Below are positions 50,600 to 57,358 of a stretch of DNA of 57,358 nt, one piece after another. A model generated the notes under the pieces. It was not told the DNA's origin and ran no database searches. It saw only the letters and a program-made list of their open reading frames with translations. A program made the position numbers and the translations under genes. The stretch covers positions 1 through 57,358 of the forward strand of contig CAILTR010000101.1 in assembly GCA_903837175.1 (NCBI GenBank), read 5' to 3'. Position 1 is the first letter of the stretch; every line of letters begins with the position of its first letter. This DNA is from an uncultured bacterium. Lineage in GTDB: Bacteria; Patescibacteriota; Minisyncoccia; Moranbacterales; GWC2-37-73.

Positions 50600-50678
50600 C
50601 ACTAATCGACTCGAATATTATCTCAAATATTCACGAATGATTAGAGAATATTAGCGAAAAATTAGTGATTGATTCGCG
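50600..50678. repeat. 4+4 phased inverted array, copy 2
   Basis: Units at 50600/50610/50622/50632 and 50640/50650/50661/50672. Confidence 0.85.
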
Positions 50679-50688
50679 ATTTAGATTC

Positions 50689-50895
50689 TTATTTAACGAC
50701 AAATGGTGCTAGGGCCATAACGCGAGCGCGTTTAATAGCTTGCGCGAGGGTGCGTTGATGCTTAGTGCAAGTTCCATGTCTCTTGGGAGGATAAATCTTT
50801 CCTTGAGAATTCATAAAACGACGAATTAGATAAGCATCTTTGTAATCAATCTTGTCCATCTTTTGATCACAGAAATAGCAAGTTTTCTTTTCCAT
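50689..50895 (-). CDS. rpsR: 30S ribosomal protein S18 (Zn-binding C+ form)
   Basis: CYFC, IDYKD, GKI.P, C.KHQR.L..AIKRAR. Confidence 0.97.
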   Translation of the reverse strand: MEKKTCYFCDQKMDKIDYKDAYLIRRFMNSQGKIYPPKRHGTCTKHQRTLAQAIKRARVMALAPFVVK

Positions 50896-50902
50896 AATAA
50901 TT

Positions 50903-51000
50903 AGTTATAAAGTTTATAAAGTTTATAAAGTTATAAAGTTTATAAAGTGTCCAAGTGGAAATCCTTTTTATGAACTTTCCACTTTTAACTTTATGAACTT
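50903..51000. repeat. Inverted 9-mer array (TTTATAAAG / CTTTATGAA)
   Basis: Five direct units, then degenerate inverted units in the ssb-rpsR spacer. Confidence 0.85.
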
Positions 51001-51025
51001 GTTTTAAAAATTATTAAAATAATTT

Positions 51026-51514
51026 TTAAAAGGGTACATCTTCGAGTCTGACTTCGTCGCTTTCCTCATCAAGGTTGATAGTTGGGATAGCTTCTTCTTG
51101 GGTTGGGGCAGTTCTATTGGCTGGAGCCACTGGTGCTTGCTGGGGCGCTGGGCGTTGATAACCTCCACCACCTTGACCGGCGCCTTGGGCGCGAGAACCC
51201 ATTTGCATGTTTTCAGCTACAATGTCGGTTACTTTTTTCTCAAGACCATCCTTACCCGTATAAGAACGGGTTTCAAGGCGTCCCTCGAAGTAAGCTTCTT
51301 GACCCTTAGTTAGGTATTGTCCAGCAATTTCAGCTAGACGTCCCCAAATAACAATGTTGTGAAATTCACTTTTCTCTTGTTTTTGGCCGGCTTTATCCAT
51401 CCAGGTTCGATTCGTTGCTAAACCAATAGTGGCAACAGTCTGCCCTGAAGTTGTTGTGCGAATTTCAGGGTCTCTTGTGAGGCGTCCAATGAGTTGAACT
51501 TTGTTTAAATTCAT
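51026..51514 (-). CDS. ssb: Single-stranded DNA-binding protein
   Basis: NKVQLIGRLTRDPE, EGRL.TR, acidic tip DVPF. Confidence 0.98.
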   Translation of the reverse strand: MNLNKVQLIGRLTRDPEIRTTTSGQTVATIGLATNRTWMDKAGQKQEKSEFHNIVIWGRLAEIAGQYLTKGQEAYFEGRLETRSYTGKDGLEKKVTDIVAENMQMGSRAQGAGQGGGGYQRPAPQQAPVAPANRTAPTQEEAIPTINLDEESDEVRLEDVPF

Positions 51515-51526
51515 GAGGATTGTTAT

Positions 51527-51610
51527 CGCTAATCTTCCCGAATCAAGTCTCGAATTATCTCGAATAGATTATTCGTGATCATTAGTGAAAAAATTAGTGA
51601 CTGATTAGTG
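51527..51610. repeat. 4+4 phased inverted array, copy 3
   Basis: Units at 51527/51537/51549/51559 and 51571/51581/51593/51604. Confidence 0.85.
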
Positions 51611-51619
51611 TTTATATCC

Positions 51620-52231
51620 TTAGATGTTTAGCAGTTCATCAAGTTGCTTATCAATATCTTTGGGAGTTTCCTTCATAATCTCTTTAGCGATTTCTTTTTT
51701 CTCAAGCTCTTTGACAACTTCTACTTTTTCAACTTTTGGGGTAGCGACTATTGGCTTTGGAGCCACTGCGACTGGGGTAGGCGTAGTTCGCGTTGGTTTT
51801 ACGAATTGTCTTGGAATTTCTCTTTTTTCACTTCGTTGCGGTCGGATTGCTTCTGGACGTTGAGTTTTTAGCTCTTGGGCTTTGCGACGTTCTTTAGCTC
51901 CAAGCTCAGGCAGGTCTTCAGTTTTCACAATTAAAAATCTCAAAACATCGCTAGTCAAATTCAATTTATTGTTAATAGCAGAAATTCCAAATTCTTTTTC
52001 GCCATTTTTTTCATCTGCCCAAAAATCAATGTCTTCCAATTCAAAACGACGGGTAACATAAGTTCCCTTGTTTTGGTGCTTGATTTCATAGGACAATTTT
52101 CTCTTTTCAGTTAGTTCTGGTTCAAGGAGCTTGGCTCCTTCTGCGACTAACATTGTGCTTACACCTGCTCGAATTGTTTCGAGATTTGGTTCCTGGTTTT
52201 GTCCAACGAGGTAGAACAGTTCGTACTGCAT
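51620..52231 (-). CDS. rpsF: 30S ribosomal protein S6 with long C-terminal extension
   Basis: MQYEL, KRKLSYEIK...G.Y, VLRFLIVK; rpsF-ssb-rpsR synteny. Confidence 0.93.
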   Translation of the reverse strand: MQYELFYLVGQNQEPNLETIRAGVSTMLVAEGAKLLEPELTEKRKLSYEIKHQNKGTYVTRRFELEDIDFWADEKNGEKEFGISAINNKLNLTSDVLRFLIVKTEDLPELGAKERRKAQELKTQRPEAIRPQRSEKREIPRQFVKPTRTTPTPVAVAPKPIVATPKVEKVEVVKELEKKEIAKEIMKETPKDIDKQLDELLNI

Positions 52232-52241
52232 GGATTGAATT

Positions 52242-52320
52242 CACGAATCGACCCGAATTTAGCTCGAATTATCTCGAATGAATTCGTGATTATTAGTGAG
52301 TAAATTAGTGTGGATTAGTG
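52242..52320. repeat. 4+4 phased inverted array, copy 4
   Basis: Units at 52242/52252/52263/52273 and 52282/52292/52304/52314. Confidence 0.85.
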
Positions 52321-52440
52321 ATTTATTTACATAAAAAGAGCCACCAAGCAAGAAAAATCCTGCTTCTAGTGGAAGCTTTCCAGCCTATCCACTTTTGGCT
52401 TAGTGGCGGGCTAAATTTGGACTTTCTTAGTTGTATTAAG

Positions 52441-52469
52441 AGTGTAGCAGATATTTACTCAGCAGTCAA
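52441..52469 (-). promoter_or_regulatory. Promoter of the rpsF-ssb-rpsR-efp operon
   Basis: Minus strand TTGACT-17-TACACT with extended TG. Confidence 0.75.
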
Positions 52470-52590
52470 TGCTTTCTAAACCGTTTGTGTTTTAATCTCG
52501 AATTTTTTTAAAAATTGACATTTTTATTCTTTATTACTAAGATACTAGAGCCTTGTAATAGTACATTAACCTTAGACTGGAGTTGATACT

Positions 52591-52890
52591 ATGGAAATAG
52601 TTCATGCAGGAATAATTATACCGAAAGTTTATGCTGAAAAAAGAATGCGTAGCTTTCAATTCTTAAACAGCTATGGGCAAAAAGAAGCTATTGGTGTGAT
52701 AATGCCATACTGTTATGATTTAGGCTTAGCAACTAGTAAAAGAACAATACTGATAACAAGTGGAGCGTTGACCGATAGTGTAAGCAAGTATGTTTATACG
52801 CCAGATGGTGCACCTTTGATTTTTAAGGCGGGTGAACACATTATTTTTGAATGTAGCAAGCCAGTCACTTACCGTTGTTTGTATGGGTAG
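52591..52890 (+). CDS. Hypothetical protein
   Basis: Own promoter (TTGACA 52515-17-TAAGAT), GGAG SD and downstream CATCCGAT/ATCGGATG terminator. Confidence 0.7.
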   Translation: MEIVHAGIIIPKVYAEKRMRSFQFLNSYGQKEAIGVIMPYCYDLGLATSKRTILITSGALTDSVSKYVYTPDGAPLIFKAGEHIIFECSKPVTYRCLYG

Positions 52891-52997
52891 ATAACACTCT
52901 CCCTAGTACATTTTTATCATCCGATACGACCTTGGGTTGCATCGGATGTTTTTATAAATAGTAACATTTGATAAAATAAGTATAGAAAAATATTTTT

Positions 52998-54956
52998 ATG
53001 CAATTTGAAATAATTTCAAGTCATAATCCAGCGGGCGACCAACCACGGGCGATTGCAGATTTGGTGGATGGTCTGAAAGGTCGAGAGAAATTTCAGACGC
53101 TTTTGGGCGTGACCGGGAGTGGAAAAACTTTTACGATTGCTAATGTGATTGCCCAAGTTCAAAAGCCTACCTTAGTAATGGCCCCGAATAAAACTTTGGC
53201 TGCCCAACTCGTGCAGGAATTTCGAACTTTTTTCCCGAAAAATGCGGTAGAATATTTTGTTTCTTATTATGATTATTACCAGCCAGAAGCCTATATCGCC
53301 TCCACGGATACTTTTATTGAAAAAGAAACTCAGATTAACGAGGAAATTGATCGTTTGAGGCATGCGGCTACGAGCGCGCTTCTCTCGCGACGGGACGTAA
53401 TTATCGTGGCTTCGGTTTCTTGTATTTATGGTTTGGGCTCTCCTGATTATTATCGTGAAGGTACGGTTGAAGTTGAGGTTGGGAAAAAAATGAAGCGCGA
53501 GGAAATTATGCAGGGGATGGTGAATATGCAATATCAACGTAGTGACGTCTTGGCGCGAGGAAAATTTCGAGTCACAGGCGACACGCTTGAGGTGATGACG
53601 CCTGGGCGAGAAGTGATTGTCAGGATTGAACTCGGTGGCGGTGAAGTAAAAAAAATAGTTGAATTTGATTTTTTGACAGGGGAAAAATTGGCTGAGTTGG
53701 AGCGAACCTTAATTTTTCCAGCTAAACATTTTGTCGTTCCGCAAATGGTCATGGAAGAAGCGTTGGGCGAAATTCAGGCTGAGATGGAGGCGCGGGTAAA
53801 AGATTTGAAAAAGGATAATAAATTGATTGAGGCAGAAAGAATTTTTCGTCGGACTCGTCAGGACTTAGAGATGATGCGGGAAGTTGGTTTTTGCAATGGG
53901 ATTGAAAATTATTCTAGATTTCTGACGGCGCGTAAAGATGGTGAAGCGCCGTATACCCTAATCGATTATTTCCCGAAGGATTTTTTAATGGTGGTGGATG
54001 AGTCGCATGTGACGATTCCACAAGTTCGAGCGATGTACGCTGGCGATCAAGCTAGGAAAACAGCGCTGATTGAAAATGGTTTTCGTTTGCCGAGCGCGCT
54101 AGATAATCGTCCGCTGAAGTTTGAAGAATTTGAAGCTAGGATTAATCAAATGATTTTTACCTCGGCTACGCCGTCAGTTTATGAAAAAGAGCATTCCACT
54201 AAAATTACTCAGCAGATTATTCGTCCAACTGGACTGCTTGATCCACAATTAGAAATCAAACCCGCGCAAGGACAAGTAAAAGATGTTTTTCGAGAGATTG
54301 AAAAAGTAGTTATCAATAAGGAACGGGTTTTAATTACCACTCTGACGAAAAAGATGGTCGAGGATTTGTCTGAGTTTTTAAAGGAGCAAGGTATCGCGAC
54401 GGAATATTTACATTCTGACGTGGACACTTTGGACCGCGTGCGAATTTTGGAAGGTTTGCGACGAGGTGATTTTGATGTGTTGGTGGGAGTCAATCTTTTG
54501 CGCGAAGGTTTGGATTTGCCAGAAGTTTCTTTGGTGGCGATTATGGATGCTGACAAAGAAGGCTTTTTGCGAAGTGAAACCTCACTAATCCAAACAATTG
54601 GACGCGCCGCGCGAAATATTAGCGGACGCGTGATTATGTACGCTGATAAGTTGACTGGCTCAATGACCAGGGCAATTGATGAAACGAATCGTCGCCGCGA
54701 AATTCAAGCTGCTTATAATAAAAAGCATGGTATCACTCCGCAGACAATCAAAAAAAATATTAAATCAATCGTCGATCACGAAATCAACCCATTGCCAACG
54801 CCGGATTTTGCCAAATTGGAATCACTGGAAGATATCGCCGGGTATATTAAAATGAAAGAGAAAGAAATGAAAGACGCTGCCCGAGGCCTTCAATTCGAAA
54901 AGGCCGCCCTCATTCGCGATGAGATTTCGCAGCTGCGGAAAATTCAAATGCGGTGA
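52998..54956 (+). CDS. uvrB: Excinuclease ABC subunit B
   Basis: [42 protein letters not shown]. Confidence 0.99.
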   Translation: MQFEIISSHNPAGDQPRAIADLVDGLKGREKFQTLLGVTGSGKTFTIANVIAQVQKPTLVMAPNKTLAAQLVQEFRTFFPKNAVEYFVSYYDYYQPEAYIASTDTFIEKETQINEEIDRLRHAATSALLSRRDVIIVASVSCIYGLGSPDYYREGTVEVEVGKKMKREEIMQGMVNMQYQRSDVLARGKFRVTGDTLEVMTPGREVIVRIELGGGEVKKIVEFDFLTGEKLAELERTLIFPAKHFVVPQMVMEEALGEIQAEMEARVKDLKKDNKLIEAERIFRRTRQDLEMMREVGFCNGIENYSRFLTARKDGEAPYTLIDYFPKDFLMVVDESHVTIPQVRAMYAGDQARKTALIENGFRLPSALDNRPLKFEEFEARINQMIFTSATPSVYEKEHSTKITQQIIRPTGLLDPQLEIKPAQGQVKDVFREIEKVVINKERVLITTLTKKMVEDLSEFLKEQGIATEYLHSDVDTLDRVRILEGLRRGDFDVLVGVNLLREGLDLPEVSLVAIMDADKEGFLRSETSLIQTIGRAARNISGRVIMYADKLTGSMTRAIDETNRRREIQAAYNKKHGITPQTIKKNIKSIVDHEINPLPTPDFAKLESLEDIAGYIKMKEKEMKDAARGLQFEKAALIRDEISQLRKIQMR

Positions 54957-55368
54957 AAGCGTGGAGCGCAAAACGCATAACGTGAAATGTGAAGAGGGGA
55001 GTGCGAAAAAATACAATTTTAAAAGTTGATTGCAAAAAGTCGCATATGCAAGAATTTGCAATGCCTTTTGGTATTTGTAGAATCTTATTACAATATTTCA
55101 GTATATTGTAATTCTACCTTTCGACCATATATGGAAGAATTTTTTTGATAAGAAAAAGAGCGGGTGGCGCTAGGGTGGTGGGAAGTGAAGTCAAAGGGAA
55201 ATAAGAAAATAAAAAAAGACTCAGGGAGATGAGTCAAATTTGGGGGAAAGGGAAGAAATGAAAAAATCCAAAGATAATTTTCTTGGATTTTAATAAGTTT
55301 TAGTGCTGGCAGCCAGTTCCCGGGTTCTTTCTGGAGAATAAGGGTCTGGCTGTAAGCACAAAAGAGTT

Positions 55369-55515
55369 TCAGACAATCACTGCCGTAATTGCTGGCTCAG
55401 CATCGTCAGGCGGAGCACTTTCTGCAACGTCTTCCACTTCTGGATACAATGGTGCAGTTTCAAGCTCAAACAGGTACTCCTGGACTTTTTTGGAATAGGA
55501 AACATGTGTATGCAT
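55369..55515 (-). CDS. Unannotated 48-aa acidic protein MHTHVSYSKKVQEYLFELETAPLYPEVEDVAESAPPDDAEPAITAVIV
   Basis: AAAGGTGA SD, upstream TTGACA-17-TATCTT promoter, GC-richer coding-like sequence, downstream hairpin. Confidence 0.6.
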   Translation of the reverse strand: MHTHVSYSKKVQEYLFELETAPLYPEVEDVAESAPPDDAEPAITAVIV

Positions 55516-55576
55516 AAGTCACCTTTTTGAAAATGTGCTGAAATGATTATTTATTTGGAAATTCGAACCAAATAAG

Positions 55577-55614
55577 TTTTTATTATCAAGTAATTTAGTA
55601 CTTGATAATAAAAA
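55577..55614. promoter_or_regulatory. Perfect 16-bp inverted repeat over the predicted TSS of the 48-aa ORF
   Basis: TTTTTATTATCAAGTA-ATTTAG-TACTTGATAATAAAAA. Confidence 0.55.
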
Positions 55615-56030
55615 GATACTCGTTTCGGTTTTTTTTGTCAACTGCCTGAAGCTTAAGAAAATAAATAAATTAGGTGAAGCTTGTGTTGGTTCCTTTAGAT
55701 TTAAATTTGCAACTTAAATTTCAAGGTTAGCAGGCGAAAAAGGATTGTTAGAGAGATAAAAGTGCCTATTTATTAAGGGTGCTTGGGTTAATTTGTTTCT
55801 CTGCGAGAATTAGCAAATGCAAGCGAACGTAGCGTGTACTGGTCTGTCTGAAAAGCTAAATTTAAAAAATTTTTTCCAATCCTACCTGTTCCCCCTTTCC
55901 CGGAAGAGGGAGGAATAAAAAAAGCGTGTAAATTTTTTAGCTTGCGTTATTTTGCGGGGACGTGTAAAATACGGAAAGTGCTTGAGAAAGCATTGATTTG
56001 TTTAAAATATAATTAGTAATAAAAATAATT

Positions 56031-57095
56031 ATGGAGTTAGAAAAAAAAGAAGAAGTAGTCGTTGCTCCCTTAGAGACAAAGGAATCAGATGTGAAAGTAC
56101 TAGAAAAAAAAGAGGCAGAAGTTTCTACGGAAAAAAAGAGTAAAAAATGGGAGTGCAAATTAGGAAAAATTTGCAAGGGAAATAAAGCTACCGTTTTAGC
56201 GGTATTGGTTTTGATTTTATTGGTAGTGGGGAGTTTTGCTTTTGCGAGATATTATAAAAAAAATAATGTCGGACCAGAAGTTGTAAAAGCGAAAATTGAA
56301 GCTTTGATTAAGGAAAATGGCGGCACAGTAAAGGAAGTGGTTGTGGATGGAGATTTATATAAAGTGACAATCACGATTAGTGGTCAAGACCAACCTGTTT
56401 ACGTTAGTAAGGACGGAACAAGACTAATTCAAGGGGTGATTACTTTTGCAGAAATTGAAAAGCAAAAGGAAGCCGCTAAGAAACAAGCTGTGGAAAGTAG
56501 TAAACCAGCTCCAAAAACTGAAAAACCACAAGTTGATTTATACGTCATGGCTTTTTGCCCTTATGGAAATAAAGCTGAAGATACGATGAAACCTGTTTAT
56601 GAGTTACTAAAAAACAAGGTGGATTTTAATTTCCATTATATTGTAAACGTTAGCGGAAGCGACGTGCAGTCTTTGCATGGACCAACGGAAGTTACGCAGG
56701 ATGAACGAGAGGCTTGCGTACTCCGAGATTCTGGAAAGGATAAATGGTTTGCTTTTGCTACTTACGTTAATGATAAGTGCGGTAGCGATGGTGCTTGTTG
56801 GGAGGCTGGCGCAAAAAGCCTAGGCTTAAATGCGGCTAAAATTACCGCTTGTGTAGCTAAAGATGGCTTAGCTTTAATGAAGACAAATGCGGATGTTTCA
56901 ACCAAGGCTAATGCTACCGGTTCTCCAACCTTAATGATTAACGGCGCTAGTTCACAGTCAGTTTATCAATATGGAAAAGCAGAAGCTTATAAGCAAGCAA
57001 TTTGCGATTCTTTTAACACTGCTCCAACTGAATGTGCTAAGGTCTTAGCTGACCAAGCAGCTGCAAGTTCAGCGCAGGGCGGAAGTTGTAACTAG
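56031..57095 (+). CDS. Membrane-anchored thioredoxin/DsbA-fold protein with GILT-like motif
   Basis: TM helix, DsbC-N-like YVSKDG, FCPYG, SLHG..E...D...AC, GSPTL.ING. Confidence 0.75.
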   Translation: MELEKKEEVVVAPLETKESDVKVLEKKEAEVSTEKKSKKWECKLGKICKGNKATVLAVLVLILLVVGSFAFARYYKKNNVGPEVVKAKIEALIKENGGTVKEVVVDGDLYKVTITISGQDQPVYVSKDGTRLIQGVITFAEIEKQKEAAKKQAVESSKPAPKTEKPQVDLYVMAFCPYGNKAEDTMKPVYELLKNKVDFNFHYIVNVSGSDVQSLHGPTEVTQDEREACVLRDSGKDKWFAFATYVNDKCGSDGACWEAGAKSLGLNAAKITACVAKDGLALMKTNADVSTKANATGSPTLMINGASSQSVYQYGKAEAYKQAICDSFNTAPTECAKVLADQAAASSAQGGSCN

Positions 57096-57160
57096 TTTTT
57101 TCTTTTAACCATATTAACCATATTGCGGGGAGTGGAAAATAAGAGACTAGACATCGTCCT

Positions 57161-57198
57161 GGATTGCTTCGTTCGTCTGCTGACGAACTCGCAAAGAC
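57161..57198. repeat. REP/RPE-like palindromic element
   Basis: GGATTGCTTC-GTTCGTC/GACGAAC-TCGCAAAGAC. Confidence 0.65.
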
Positions 57199-57221
57199 AG
57201 CCGATAAAAAGAGAAGCTTAC

Positions 57222-57247
57222 TGATCTGTACCCTCTAAAGTAGACAC
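57222..57247 (+). mobile_element. Probable IS3-family terminal inverted repeat (element would continue beyond the window)
   Basis: TGATCTGTACCCTCTAAAGTAGACAC resembles TG..CTG.ACCC....AG..AGACA ends of IS3/IS150-type elements; no transposase visible. Confidence 0.45.
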
Positions 57248-57358
57248 GAAACAAAAAACTAGCTAGCGCAAACTAAAAGATGATTTCTGTATTCAACGGG
57301 AGTCATCTTTTTGTGTTCCCATTGATACCTTTCATGATTGTAGTATTTCACATATTCC

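Noticed and set aside
55551..55576. tRNA suggested by GGTTCGAAT on the minus strand
   Set aside because: Only an isolated hairpin; no acceptor, D or anticodon arms.

Overview
A 57 kb, AT-rich bacterial chromosome segment in genetic code 11. Gene content and style suggest a Patescibacteria/CPR (Parcubacteria, possibly Moranbacteria-like) genome; this is inference, not a database result. Housekeeping genes: typA, lgt, csp, ABC-F, dus, obg, gdh, class A PBP, rpoB-rpoC, lexA-like, ftsK-rodZ-recA, rpsF-ssb-rpsR-efp, uvrB. Envelope and accessory genes: two paralogous lysozyme-fold proteins, a CAP-domain protein, a large S8 protease, an amidase, a divergent TrmB / radical SAM-SPASM pair, and a four-gene TasA/SipW-type fibre locus. 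I found no rRNA, tRNA, CRISPR array or intact transposase. The most striking signal is non-coding. (1) Four co-oriented copies of a 175-195 bp MITE-like element with terminal inverted repeats and a covarying multi-stem fold. (2) Four '4+4' inverted arrays of CNC(G/T)AAT / ATT(C/A)GNG at 10-12 bp spacing, directly upstream of rpsF, ssb, efp and a YqjD-like gene. (3) 7/8/9-mer tandem arrays abutting many start and stop codons. (4) Several REP-like palindrome families. Repeats of classes 3 and 4 also occur in frame inside lgt, an HI0933-family flavoprotein and the amidase. Also noted: unannotated small ORFs, a CsoR-type operator before gdh, a direct-repeat array before lexA, and terminator-like hairpins in several 5' leaders.
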